From assembly GCA_011321815.1 (NCBI GenBank), contig DROS01000096.1, forward strand, positions 10,750-74,749: 64,000 nt of DNA. The letters are read 5' to 3'. Position numbers and translations under genes: made by a program. Of the stretch, positions 9,088-18,862 are shown one piece after another. The stretch's first letter is position 1. Every line of letters begins with the position of its first letter. Source of the DNA: Gammaproteobacteria bacterium. Lineage in GTDB: Bacteria > Pseudomonadota > Gammaproteobacteria > SZUA-152. The notes below the pieces were generated by a model. That model saw only the letters and a program-made list of their open reading frames with translations. It was not told where the DNA came from and searched no databases.

Positions 9088-10959
9088 TCAAGACTGCTGA
9101 GTGACATCCACATACAGCGTCAGTCGCTGTCCGGGTTGCAGGTATTTACCTTTTTTCAGCGAATTCCACTGCCGAAGTTTGGCCACGGTAACGCTGAATT
9201 TTTGCGCAATGCGCGCCAGTGAATCACCTTTGCGCACGCGGTAGTGTACTTGCTGATGGGTGACATTGCGAGGCAGTGATACGAACTGTCTGTTGGCGAG
9301 GTTGGGTTTTGGGGTCCAGACCACCAGCTGCTGGCCGGGTTTGAGCGAATCTTTGGGGGACATGCCGTTCCATGCCGTCAGTTGGCTGACGTTGACGTTG
9401 TATTTACGTGAGATATCCCAGAAGGTGTCTCCACGTTTGACAGTATGCTGCAACTTGTAACCGTTACGTTTAGTGCCTTGCAGTGCAGCACGGCGGCGGT
9501 CTTCGCTCAGGTAGTGTTTGAGGTTTTTGGTGGACACAGGGATAATAATGCTTTGTCCTGCGCGTATCCATTTGTCGCGGATGTTGTTGACTTCTTGCAA
9601 CAGTGCCACAGAGGTTTGAAATTTACGTGCGATGTGGCCGAGGGTTTCACCTTCGCGAATACGATGCCGTTCCCAGCGCACACGATCCTTTCTATCAATA
9701 CTGGCCAGCGCTGTACGAAATGTTTCAGCTTTGTGGATGGGCAGTAACAAGGTATGCGGTCCCTTGGGGTCTGTGGCCCAGCGGTTGTAGGCGGGGTTGA
9801 GTTGATACATGGTTTCGATGGGCAGTTCGGCCAGTTCGGCAGCCAGGGCCAGATCAATTTGTGAACCGACGTAGACGTGTTCGAGGTAGGGCTCGTCAGG
9901 AATAGGGGTAAGCGTTATATTGTGGGTTTTGCTGTGCTGAACGATGGCGCTGATGGCCAATAGCTTGGGTACATAACCCTGAGTTTCTTTTGGCAGGTCC
10001 AGTGACCAGAAATCGGTGGGTTTTCCTTTCTTTTTGTTCTTTTTTATGGCCCGCGCCACCCGGCCTTCACCGGAATTGTATGAGGCCAGCGCCAACAGCC
10101 AGTCACCATTAAAACGTTTGTGCAGGTGTTCAAGATAATCCAGTGCCGCTCTGGTGGCTCTGGGTACGTCACGCCGGCCATCGTACCACCAGTTTTGTTT
10201 CAGGCCGTAGCGCTTACCTGTGGCAGGGATGAACTGCCAGATACCGGCGGCCCGGCCGGATGAGTAGGCAAAGGGCTGGAAGGCGCTTTCGACCACGGGC
10301 AGGAGCGCGATTTCCATGGGCATGCCGCGGGCTTCGACTTCCTGCACGATGTCATACAGGAAAGGACGGGCACGTTTTGCCACACGGTCCAGGTAGGGTT
10401 GGTGCTTGGCGTACCAATTGATGTAGGGGCGCACAAGCCGGTGATTCTGGCCGTTTAGCTGGAAGCCGCTGCGCAGGCGGTGCCAAAGGTCTTTGCTTTC
10501 CGGTTGTTTTTCGGGTTGAACGAGTGGAGCGGGCGTATTGTCGTGCTCGGTGTCACGACGTGCCTCCTCGATTGTCCAGGGTTCATCAGTGCTGTTATCT
10601 GTTTCCTGGCTTGCCACCAGCGCCCACCAGGGGGTGGCGGTGTCGGGCACGTAAGGCCGGTGCTGGGGGCGATGCCCGATGGATGCGTCAAAGGTCTCTG
10701 TATTGCCTGCTGGTTGTGCTGCTGTAACAGAGGTTGTACTGATATCGGTGTTGGCAACCATGCCGGTGTGTTCTGTATCGGTAGCGCCGGACCGCCACGT
10801 TTCTGCCAGGCCTGCACACCCGGTTGACAGTAATATAAGCAGCCCGCCGACGAGGCGGATAAAAAGTGCCGGGGATGTGACAGGGCGCAAAAATAAAGAT
10901 GGCATATATTGAGCTTTCTTGGATGGATTTTTAAGGAAATTCGAGAAATGCAGCAACAA
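9088..10959 (-). CDS. mltD: Membrane-bound lytic murein transglycosylase D (SLT domain plus three LysM repeats); the true start is probably the lipoprotein Met near 10908
   Basis: The product has an SLT catalytic region (…ESAFQPFAYSSGRAAGIWQFIPATG…) followed by three LysM modules (…GETLGHIARKF…, …GDTFWDISRKY…, …GDSLARIAQKF…). A lipobox 'LSTGC' follows an internal Met. Confidence 0.85.
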   Translation of the reverse strand: MLLHFSNFLKNPSKKAQYMPSLFLRPVTSPALFIRLVGGLLILLSTGCAGLAETWRSGATDTEHTGMVANTDISTTSVTAAQPAGNTETFDASIGHRPQHRPYVPDTATPWWALVASQETDNSTDEPWTIEEARRDTEHDNTPAPLVQPEKQPESKDLWHRLRSGFQLNGQNHRLVRPYINWYAKHQPYLDRVAKRARPFLYDIVQEVEARGMPMEIALLPVVESAFQPFAYSSGRAAGIWQFIPATGKRYGLKQNWWYDGRRDVPRATRAALDYLEHLHKRFNGDWLLALASYNSGEGRVARAIKKNKKKGKPTDFWSLDLPKETQGYVPKLLAISAIVQHSKTHNITLTPIPDEPYLEHVYVGSQIDLALAAELAELPIETMYQLNPAYNRWATDPKGPHTLLLPIHKAETFRTALASIDRKDRVRWERHRIREGETLGHIARKFQTSVALLQEVNNIRDKWIRAGQSIIIPVSTKNLKHYLSEDRRRAALQGTKRNGYKLQHTVKRGDTFWDISRKYNVNVSQLTAWNGMSPKDSLKPGQQLVVWTPKPNLANRQFVSLPRNVTHQQVHYRVRKGDSLARIAQKFSVTVAKLRQWNSLKKGKYLQPGQRLTLYVDVTQQS

Positions 10960-11035
10960 GCAGTTAGACGATTATGACAGTAAATGCGTTCCACGTCATG
11001 TTGTCGGCCAGAGCTGTACGTTCCTTAGTGGGTGC

Positions 11036-11202
11036 CTAGGAGTCTGTCGGACTTAGGGAATCGTCGCGAGAGAAAACCATTTTGAGTCCGTTTTTTTGAT
11101 CGTTTGAGGCGAATATTGGACATATTCAACGAAAAGGATCGAGAAAATGGGCCGAAATGGTTTTTTCGCAGTAGATTCACTCTAAGTCCGACAGACTCCT
11201 AG
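11036..11202 (-). repeat. MITE-like element, intact copy 2 (167 bp), inverted relative to copy 1
   Basis: It carries the same 22-bp terminal inverted repeats and an internal sequence about 95% identical to the reverse complement of copy 1. Its right inverted repeat overlaps the last codons and stop codon of gloB. Confidence 0.65.
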
Positions 11203-11993
11203 TCCAGGGTGTCTTTCCAGTGACGTACGACGGCAAAGACCTCTGCACCTGTGTGCAATCTGCGACCGGAAAAACCCTCGGCAGCCCGGATGATTCCGGC
11301 CTGTCCACAGCGTAAAAAGGGGTTGGTGGCTTTTTCTTCCCCCAGCAATGAGGGTACGGTGGCATGGCCCTGTCTGCGCTGCTGTTGCACGGTTTGCTGC
11401 CGTGTCTGGAGTGCGGGGTTATCAGGCTCAGCAATGCGGGCAAAGGCCAGATTGTCCTCGGTATATTCGTGGGCACAGTAAACCCTGGTGTCGTCAGGCA
11501 AGGCGGCAATCCGCTCCAGCGAATCGTGCATTTGTGCAGGCGTGCCTTCAAACAGGCGGCCGCAGCCACCGGTAAACAGGGTGTCGCCAACGAAAATCAT
11601 ACCATCCCCGTCAGTGTTGCTGGCCGGGTGGTGGTAGGCAATGTGTCCGGCAGTATGGCCGGGGACGTGCAAAACCTGAAAATCTGCTGACAGTGCTTCG
11701 ATGTGTACATTATCGCCATTGACCAGTGGTTGACTGATGTGAGGAATGGTTTCGCGGGCAGGGCCGTAAACCGGCATAGGCCAGCGGGCCAGAAGGTCTT
11801 CAATACCACCGACATGATCCCAGTGATGGTGGGTAATCAAAATGGCCACGGGTTTCAGTGATTGTGCAGTGATGGCGGCGATAACCGGCGTGGCGTCGCC
11901 GGGATCGACGATGACCACCTGCGGCAGGTCCAGGTGCCGGATCAGCCAGATGTAATTGTCTTCAAAGGCATTGACGGTTTGGACAGTGAGCAT
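11199..11993 (-). CDS. gloB: Hydroxyacylglutathione hydrolase (glyoxalase II)
   Basis: The 264-aa metallo-beta-lactamase-fold protein has the 'THHHWDHVGG' zinc motif and GloB-type length and C-terminal region. Confidence 0.9.
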   Translation of the reverse strand: MLTVQTVNAFEDNYIWLIRHLDLPQVVIVDPGDATPVIAAITAQSLKPVAILITHHHWDHVGGIEDLLARWPMPVYGPARETIPHISQPLVNGDNVHIEALSADFQVLHVPGHTAGHIAYHHPASNTDGDGMIFVGDTLFTGGCGRLFEGTPAQMHDSLERIAALPDDTRVYCAHEYTEDNLAFARIAEPDNPALQTRQQTVQQQRRQGHATVPSLLGEEKATNPFLRCGQAGIIRAAEGFSGRRLHTGAEVFAVVRHWKDTLD

Positions 11994-12158
11994 GCATCAG
12001 CCTCTATGAGCGATATCAGGATGACATTAGTCTACGCGAATTGCCGTGTGCCTGCATTTGAGTTTATTTGTGAAGAATATTCGCTTGAATCTGAGTTAAT
12101 TTGTTTCCTCAAAACCGCATGGTTAAAATCCATCGGTTAGGCTGAAATTGTTTAAGCC

Positions 12159-12611
12159 TTGTGCAGAGAATCGATAAAACAAAATTCTTCCGTCACATCA
12201 CCGAACAACATGTTGATGATGTTGTTTTTTTGTGGTTATTGCGCCCCCCAGGCAATGACACAATCACAACATACATACGCAAGCATAAAAAATTTAGCGT
12301 GGTGGATTAACAATAACGAATATGAATTCATCGGTCTTTATGCCGCCCGTGCCAGACGTATTGCCGCCACCTATGCACGTTTTTATCTGGAAACAGAAGG
12401 CGGCGGTGACACCGATAAACTCGGATGTTACTGCTGGATGGCCTTGGGGGCGCTCATTCCGGTTTCCACAATTTTCCGTGGAAACCCATGCCACTGGTGG
12501 TGTGATGGCAGAACAGGTATCGTTACACCGTACGCTTACCGCTATTTTTTGTGTGACTGGGCTATCGCGGTTAGCCAAAAAATTGACACTTCTAACGATC
12601 CTCAACAGTAA
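12159..12611 (+). CDS. Hypothetical protein (Trp/Cys/Tyr-rich; start uncertain, alternative Met at 12261)
   Basis: This is an ORF only. It sits in a locally AT-rich segment between gloB and the methyltransferase gene and has no motif I can name. Confidence 0.3.
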   Translation: MCRESIKQNSSVTSPNNMLMMLFFCGYCAPQAMTQSQHTYASIKNLAWWINNNEYEFIGLYAARARRIAATYARFYLETEGGGDTDKLGCYCWMALGALIPVSTIFRGNPCHWWCDGRTGIVTPYAYRYFLCDWAIAVSQKIDTSNDPQQ

Positions 12612-12626
12612 CCTTTTGATAAAACA

Positions 12627-13469
12627 GTGTTGTCAGGCCTTAAAAAACGGATCACCCGCTGGACAAAATGTGAACCCTCGCAGGTGACGCGACAGCGTCT
12701 GCGAGCTTGGTTTACCCATTTGCCCGGGCGTTGGTTGCAGGCGGAGGAGCGTGCGCAGTTACGGACGATTTTGCCTACCCTGTTTGGTTACCATCTGCTG
12801 CAACTGGGGGATGTGTATTCCAAGGATTGTCTGACCAGTACACGCATTCCGCATTGCATGGTGCTGGATGAGTGGTTGCAAAACGTGCCACCTGCCGGTG
12901 AGTGTGCACGCAACGAAATTCGCAGCTCGCTGGAATGGCTGCCCATTGCCACAGACTCTCTGGATACCGTGGTCATGCCGCATACGCTGGAATTCACCAA
13001 TGATCCGCACCAGGTTTTGCGTGAGGTGGACCGCGTCCTGATTCCCGAAGGGCATGTGGTGATCCTTGCGTTCAATCCCTGGAGTCTGTGGATGATCTGG
13101 CGCGTAGTCTTGTGCTGGCGTGGCAAGCCACCCTGGTGTGGTCGTTTTATCAGCCTGGCACGGTTGAAAGACTGGTTACAATTGCTGGGCTTCGACATTG
13201 TTGAGGCGCGGCGGTATTTTTTTCGGCCGCCATTGAGCCATAAAGGTTTGATGCGGCGTTTGCGGTTTCTGGATCGCATTGGCCGCCGCTGGGTGCCGTT
13301 TTTTGGTGCGGGCTATGTGGTGGTGGCGCGTAAACGGGTGGCGACGCTGACGCCCATCAAACCACGCTGGCGGCCGACGCGGCGATCCATTGGTTCGGCA
13401 GGGTTGGCGGGTAATTCACGTACATTGGGCAAACAACATGTTGAGAGAGATGACATAAATAATGAGTGA
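12627..13469 (+). CDS. Methyltransferase-like protein (conserved gene upstream of rnhA)
   Basis: Its position in the gloB / methyltransferase / rnhA / dnaQ synteny is known from Pseudomonas and Burkholderia. The 280-aa product overlaps the rnhA start by 8 nt. Confidence 0.55.
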   Translation: MLSGLKKRITRWTKCEPSQVTRQRLRAWFTHLPGRWLQAEERAQLRTILPTLFGYHLLQLGDVYSKDCLTSTRIPHCMVLDEWLQNVPPAGECARNEIRSSLEWLPIATDSLDTVVMPHTLEFTNDPHQVLREVDRVLIPEGHVVILAFNPWSLWMIWRVVLCWRGKPPWCGRFISLARLKDWLQLLGFDIVEARRYFFRPPLSHKGLMRRLRFLDRIGRRWVPFFGAGYVVVARKRVATLTPIKPRWRPTRRSIGSAGLAGNSRTLGKQHVERDDINNE

Positions 13470-13899
13470 GCAAGTGGTGGAGATTTTTAGTGATGGCGCC
13501 TGCCGGGGGAACCCTGGCCCGGGTGGGTGGGGAGTGGTGCTGCGCTTTAATGGTAACGAAAAGGAATTGTATGGTGGCGAAGCGGAAACCACCAATAATC
13601 GTATGGAGTTGATGGCGGCCATTAGTGGTCTGGAAAGCCTGAAAAAACCCTGCAAGGTGGTGCTGATGACAGATTCACAATATGTGATGAAGGGCGCGAC
13701 AGAGTGGATGGCGGGCTGGAAACGTAAAGGCTGGATGACAGCGGCTAAAAAGCCGGTAAAAAATGTGGATTTGTGGCAGCGCCTGGAAAGTGCACTGAAA
13801 CCGCATGACGTGAAGTGGTGTTGGGTGCGTGGTCATACCGGGCACCCTGAAAATGAACGTGCCGATGCGCTGGCGAATCGGGGCGTGGATGAGTTGTAG
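13462..13899 (+). CDS. rnhA: Ribonuclease HI
   Basis: The 145-aa product has the '[23 protein letters not shown]' N-terminus, the catalytic D/E/D residues and a C-terminal …ADALAN… region. Confidence 0.95.
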   Translation: MSEQVVEIFSDGACRGNPGPGGWGVVLRFNGNEKELYGGEAETTNNRMELMAAISGLESLKKPCKVVLMTDSQYVMKGATEWMAGWKRKGWMTAAKKPVKNVDLWQRLESALKPHDVKWCWVRGHTGHPENERADALANRGVDEL

Positions 13900-13902
13900 A
13901 TT

Positions 13903-14005
13903 ACTGTTCCGTTTTTTACTGAGGACGTTGTCGTGGCATTAACAAGTGGCGTGTTAAACACTCAGTGATTCTTAAAAGCAGCGTGTTTTAGCGCTTAATT
14001 TACGT
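13903..14005 (+). repeat. REP-like intergenic element, family B copy 1
   Basis: It shares 'gttttttactgagRac' and 'gtgttaaaYac…gtgattYttaaaagcaRcgtg' blocks with 52339-52460. Its 3' end 'ttagcgcttaattta' is the reverse complement of the 5' end of copy 2. Confidence 0.5.
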
Positions 14006-14036
14006 TTTAGTCAAAAAATAAAGAGCATCAAAAACC

Positions 14037-14756
14037 ATGCGTCAAATTGTTCTGGATACAGAAACCACTGGCCTGGAGCCAGCACAAGGTCATCGTATTA
14101 TTGAAATCGGTTGTGTGGAAATCATTGATCGTCGCCTGACCGGCAATCACTATCATCAATATTTACAACCGGACCGTGAAATTGATGAAGGCGCCATCGA
14201 GGTGCATGGAATCAGTAATGAATTTTTGCAGGACAAACCCCGGTTTGCTGATGTGGTTAACGATTTTATGGATTTTGTGCGTGGCGCAGAGCTGGTGATT
14301 CATAACGCACCTTTTGATGTGGGTTTTTTGAATAATGAACTGGCGTTGCTGGACTGGCCGGGTGGAAAGATAGAAACAAATTGTGCGGTGCTGGATACTC
14401 TGGCCCTGGCGCGCAAGATGCATCCGGGACAAAAAAACAATCTGGATGCTTTATGCAAGCGTTACGAAGTGAAAAATTCGCACCGCGAATTACACGGCGC
14501 GTTGTTGGATGCGGAGATCCTTGCCGACGTTTATTTGTTAATGACGGGGGGGCAGACTGATTTATTGCTGGCCGGGCAGGACAATGAGTCGCAATCTACC
14601 GCAGGAGAGATACGCCGATTACCCGATGAGCGTCCGCGCTTGCGTGTGGTGCCGGCCAGCGAGGCAGAAGCAGCAGCGCATGAGGCGCGTTTGCAAGGTA
14701 TCCGTCAGTCAAACGGTGGCGTGTGTGTGTGGCAGCAAATGGAAGAGGAAAGGTAA
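14037..14756 (+). CDS. dnaQ: DNA polymerase III epsilon subunit (3'-5' proofreading exonuclease)
   Basis: The 239-aa product has Exo I 'LDTETTG', Exo II and Exo III 'HGALLDAEIL' motifs. Confidence 0.95.
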   Translation: MRQIVLDTETTGLEPAQGHRIIEIGCVEIIDRRLTGNHYHQYLQPDREIDEGAIEVHGISNEFLQDKPRFADVVNDFMDFVRGAELVIHNAPFDVGFLNNELALLDWPGGKIETNCAVLDTLALARKMHPGQKNNLDALCKRYEVKNSHRELHGALLDAEILADVYLLMTGGQTDLLLAGQDNESQSTAGEIRRLPDERPRLRVVPASEAEAAAHEARLQGIRQSNGGVCVWQQMEEER

Positions 14757-14806
14757 TACCTGTTCCATGTGCGTTTCTTGTTGCGTGCATGCTTTCAGGA
14801 GATGTT

Positions 14807-17161
14807 TTAACCCGTAGCTTTAATATGGCTCCGTCCCCAGCTGGATTCATATATCCATTTTTCAAAATCTGCCGCCGGGCAGGGTCGGCACATATGATAC
14901 CCCTGTCCCAGATTGCAGCCCAGTTCAGCAAGTTTGTCCCAGGCGTCCTGGCTTTCAATACCTTCGGCGACGACTTCCATGCCCATATTATGGGCAAGGT
15001 CGATGGTGGAGCGTACGATCACGGCATCAGATACATCATTCAACATATCAATCACAAAAGATTTGTCGATCTTGATTTCATCGACTGGAAAACGTTTTAA
15101 ATAGGCTAACGAAGAATAGCCGGTTCCAAAATCATCCACAGATAAACGTACGCCCATGGCATTGATCTGGGAAAGTGTGTTCAATGCACGATTGGCATCA
15201 GACATAATGGCGGTTTCAGTCAGTTCCAGCGTTAACCATTGTGGTTCTATGTTTGCAGTGGCAAGGGCATGATGTATTGTGTCGATCAAGTCGATATCAT
15301 TCAGGCTGTAGGCGGAAAGGTTTATTGAAACACCGATGTTAATGTTGTTTTTGTGCCATGCGGCACATTGTGTCAGGGCCTGCTCCAATACCCACTCGGT
15401 TAAAGGCTGTATCAAACCGGTTTGCTCGGCGAGGGGGATGAATTTTTCAGGAGAGATATGTTTGTGTTCATCATGTTCCCAGCGGATCAGCGCTTCTGCA
15501 CCGGTAATATGATTGTGCTGGAGATCAATTTTAGGCTGGTAATACAATTCAATATTTTCGTTTTCAATGGCCTGCCGTAAATCGGATTCCATAGTGAGTT
15601 CAAGCAGGTTTTCGCTGTCCATATTTTTATCATAAAACACATAACCCAGGCCTTTACGCTTGGCGTGGTACATTGCCACATCGGCATGCTGCATGAGCAG
15701 TGTGGCCTTATCGCCATCACGCGGGCAGCGTACCAGCCCGATGCTGATGCCAATGGAAAGGTTACGGCCTTCCACGGTAATGGGCTTGTTGAGTGCATTA
15801 ACAATTTTCTCTGCCACAATGGTGACGCCTTCATCATGACTGATGGTGGGGAGTAATGCTGCAAACTCATCACCACCCAGGCGGGCAACGGTATCCGACT
15901 CACGTAATATCATTTGCAGACGTTCGCCCACGGTTTTTAATAATTGGTCCCCGATGTGATGACCCAGGGTGTCATTGATGTTTTTGAAACGGTTGAGATC
16001 CATCATCATCAGGGCAAACTGGGTTTCATAACGTGGTGTAGTCAGGGTGATTTGTTCAAGCCGGTCATAAAACAGGACGCGATTTGGCATGCCGGTCAGT
16101 GCATCCGTAAAGGCCATATTTTCCAGGGTGCGATACAGGGTGCTAAGTTCACTGCTCATATTATTAAAGTCAGTAGCCAGCTCGACAATTTCCTTGTTGC
16201 CGCTCACTACCACTTTTGTACCCAGCTGGGACTTGTCTTTCTGTACTCGCCGCAAGTGATTGGTCAGGATGTTGAGAGGACTCAATGCTGTGTGCTGTAG
16301 CATGAGCAGTGCGACCAGGGTTGTGCCCAGCATAATGATGGCGGCGATGGAAAAAATAAAATTACGGGTCGTGGAAAGTTGTTTTCGCAGTTTGGCAATG
16401 TTGGATGCAAAGGTTAAGCTGAAAAACTGCTGGTTCTGGGGGGTGCGCAGGTCATACTCTGCCAGCAGGATATTCTTATTGAGTACTTCCGGCCAGTTTG
16501 TGGATTGGTAGTATATGGTTTTATCGGGACCGGCCAACTTTAACGGTGTGCCCAGGTCGCTGTCGGCAGCTGCAAAATCAGGGGTTGGGTCAATGATCAT
16601 CTGCAAATAACCTTTGATTTGCAAACCACCAATGGGAACGATAGTGGTAAGTACAGGCCGCATGCCGATGCGGCAGAGTTCTGAAACTGGTTTCAGGCGT
16701 GCAGTCTTGCTTCGACTGCTGATTTTTTGCAAGAGTTTGGTGCAAATGGGTTTGTTGTTTGGTAATGCCGGCTCACCTTCGTTTGAGATGGCGATGAGAT
16801 TGAATTCGTTATCATAGACGTACATTTTGATGAGCTTGATGCGGCCAAGTGTGACAAAGGCCCGATGAAAATGTTCGTCCAATTGTAAACTGATGCGTGT
16901 GGGGTTTTTGCTGAGAACAGCTTGATGAAAATCAGCGCTGGCTTGTGCATTAAGCCCCATCTTCACGCTGTCTTGTGTCAAGTCTTCAATGATTGCGTGA
17001 ATTTTGAGTTTTGCCAGTGCGATAAAAGACTCACGTTGATTGTCCAGCGCCAGTCTCTGGTAAGCTTCACCCGTAGCGACAGCCAGCATCATACCTAACA
17101 GCCCCATAATCAGGATGATGAATCCCAGGCTGATACGCATGGATGATTGTATTTTGAGCAT
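14807..17161 (-). CDS. Sensor diguanylate cyclase/phosphodiesterase (periplasmic sensor-TM-HAMP-GGDEF-EAL)
   Basis: The 784-aa product has an N-terminal signal/TM segment, a second TM, a GGDEF motif 'RLGGDEFAAL' and an EAL motif 'EALIRW'. Confidence 0.9.
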   Translation of the reverse strand: MLKIQSSMRISLGFIILIMGLLGMMLAVATGEAYQRLALDNQRESFIALAKLKIHAIIEDLTQDSVKMGLNAQASADFHQAVLSKNPTRISLQLDEHFHRAFVTLGRIKLIKMYVYDNEFNLIAISNEGEPALPNNKPICTKLLQKISSRSKTARLKPVSELCRIGMRPVLTTIVPIGGLQIKGYLQMIIDPTPDFAAADSDLGTPLKLAGPDKTIYYQSTNWPEVLNKNILLAEYDLRTPQNQQFFSLTFASNIAKLRKQLSTTRNFIFSIAAIIMLGTTLVALLMLQHTALSPLNILTNHLRRVQKDKSQLGTKVVVSGNKEIVELATDFNNMSSELSTLYRTLENMAFTDALTGMPNRVLFYDRLEQITLTTPRYETQFALMMMDLNRFKNINDTLGHHIGDQLLKTVGERLQMILRESDTVARLGGDEFAALLPTISHDEGVTIVAEKIVNALNKPITVEGRNLSIGISIGLVRCPRDGDKATLLMQHADVAMYHAKRKGLGYVFYDKNMDSENLLELTMESDLRQAIENENIELYYQPKIDLQHNHITGAEALIRWEHDEHKHISPEKFIPLAEQTGLIQPLTEWVLEQALTQCAAWHKNNINIGVSINLSAYSLNDIDLIDTIHHALATANIEPQWLTLELTETAIMSDANRALNTLSQINAMGVRLSVDDFGTGYSSLAYLKRFPVDEIKIDKSFVIDMLNDVSDAVIVRSTIDLAHNMGMEVVAEGIESQDAWDKLAELGCNLGQGYHMCRPCPAADFEKWIYESSWGRSHIKATG

Positions 17162-17197
17162 GATGGTTTTGAAATTTTTCTGGCGGTCTGGTGATTT

Positions 17198-17638
17198 TTA
17201 TTCCTGTAAATAGGGGTAGCCTTTTTTTAACCATTCTTCAAAACCACCACGGAACCAGTAAATATTTGAGTAACCGCAGTCAAGGGCAATTTTTATGGCC
17301 TTGTTGCTGCGGGCACATTTAATCCCATTACAATAGAACAGGCTGGCAGCATCACTTTTATTGACAATTCCGGATAAGGAATCGCAGGTGGTGTGGGTAT
17401 TTGGCAGGCTCACTGAGCCTTCAATAAAACCGAATATGCGATCACCCCGAACACGGGAGTCGATAATGACAAGTTCAGGAATACTTTCCATCAGCGCGAT
17501 AAATTCCTCGGCATTTACGCTGGTAGCGCCATCAATGAATTCCGGTGTGGCGGCTGCCCATGCCCCGGCAGAGGACATGCTGGTTGCAAGAACGGTGCAC
17601 AGCGAAATAACATTTTTTGAGGGGAGGGCATGTAACAT
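17198..17638 (-). CDS. Rhodanese-domain protein with signal peptide (the track's longer ORF extends to 17761)
   Basis: The C-terminal rhodanese active-site region is '…FYCNGIKCARS…'. An internal Met begins a plausible signal peptide (MLHALPSKNVISLCTVLATSMSSAGAWAA). Confidence 0.55.
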   Translation of the reverse strand: MLHALPSKNVISLCTVLATSMSSAGAWAAATPEFIDGATSVNAEEFIALMESIPELVIIDSRVRGDRIFGFIEGSVSLPNTHTTCDSLSGIVNKSDAASLFYCNGIKCARSNKAIKIALDCGYSNIYWFRGGFEEWLKKGYPYLQE

Positions 17639-17800
17639 AGATAGGCTCCTGTTGCCTGTATTGCCCAATGCGGTGGGGGCAAACAGGGCGCTACCGGGAA
17701 TAACGTCAAACAGGAGTAAAACTTTAGAGAACCCGGGGGTATTGGTGGCGGTCCTGGCCAATATGCTTAGGTCAGGACCGGTATGCCCGTCGTGCTTGAA

Positions 17801-18811
17801 TCAGGAGTGCGAATAATAGGCTTTATACCAATCAACAAAATTGGCTATGCCGTTTTCCACGCTGGTGTTGGGTTTGTAGTCAACATCAGCCACCAAGTCT
17901 TCCACATTGGCATAAGTGTCGGGTACATCGCCAGGCTGTAACGGAAGCATGTTCATTTCTGCTTTTTTGCCAAGACAGTCTTCCAGCACTTTGATGTAGT
18001 GCATCAGTTCAACGGGCGCATTGTTGCCGATATTGTAAAGACGGTAAGGTCCCCCGGCTGTGCCAGGGTCGGGTTTGTCGCCGGACCAGTGGGGATTGGG
18101 CCGGGCGGTGTGGTCCAGGGTGCGGATTACCCCTTCGACGATATCATCGACATAAGTGAAATCACGACGATGTTTACCGTAATTAAAGACGTCAATCGGT
18201 TCACCCGCGAGGATTTTTCTGGTGAACAGGAACAATGCCATGTCCGGGCGTCCCCAGGGACCGTAAACGGTGAAGAAGCGTAAGCCGGTGGTGGGCAGGT
18301 CATAGAGGTGACTGTAAGTATGGGCCATCAATTCGTTAGCTTTTTTGGTGGCGGCATACATGCTCAGCGGATGATCCACATTATTGTGGATGGAAAACGG
18401 CATGTTGGTATTGGCGCCATAAACCGAGCTGCTGGAAGCGTACACCAGGTGTTCGACCCCATTGTAACGGCAGCCTTCGAGGATGTTCATGAAGCCCACG
18501 ATGTTGCTTTCCACGTAGGAGTGCGGGTTTTCCAGTGAATAACGGACACCGGCCTGGGCCGCCAGATTGACCACTTTATTGGGTTTGTGTTTGGCGAAGA
18601 GTGCCTCCATGGCGGAGCGGTCTTCGATATTGATGCGTGCCTCGGTAAAGCCGGGGTGGTCTTTGATTTTGGCCAGACGGGCTTCTTTTAATGTGACATC
18701 GTAATAATCATTGAGATTGTCGACGCCAACGACTTCTTCGCCGCGTTCCAGCAGGCGTTCAGCCAAGCGGTTACCAATAAAACCGGCGGTGCCAGTAATG
18801 AGAACTTTCAT
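17801..18811 (-). CDS. NAD-dependent nucleotide-sugar epimerase, UDP-glucuronate 4-epimerase family (CapI/LpsL-like)
   Basis: The 336-aa extended-SDR protein has 'ITGTAGFIG' and a YxxxK catalytic dyad (YAATKKA), and matches the WbnF/Cap1J type over its full length. Confidence 0.85.
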   Translation of the reverse strand: MKVLITGTAGFIGNRLAERLLERGEEVVGVDNLNDYYDVTLKEARLAKIKDHPGFTEARINIEDRSAMEALFAKHKPNKVVNLAAQAGVRYSLENPHSYVESNIVGFMNILEGCRYNGVEHLVYASSSSVYGANTNMPFSIHNNVDHPLSMYAATKKANELMAHTYSHLYDLPTTGLRFFTVYGPWGRPDMALFLFTRKILAGEPIDVFNYGKHRRDFTYVDDIVEGVIRTLDHTARPNPHWSGDKPDPGTAGGPYRLYNIGNNAPVELMHYIKVLEDCLGKKAEMNMLPLQPGDVPDTYANVEDLVADVDYKPNTSVENGIANFVDWYKAYYSHS

Positions 18812-18862
18812 GTTTGGACCTTGTTATTGCAAATAAATTTTCAGGTTTGGTTGCGACGGATT

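Noticed and set aside
10455-10994. 179-aa minus-strand ORF overlapping the mltD 5' end
   Set aside because: It is an alternative frame of the mltD N-terminal low-complexity region. The mltD frame carries the lipobox and SLT domain.
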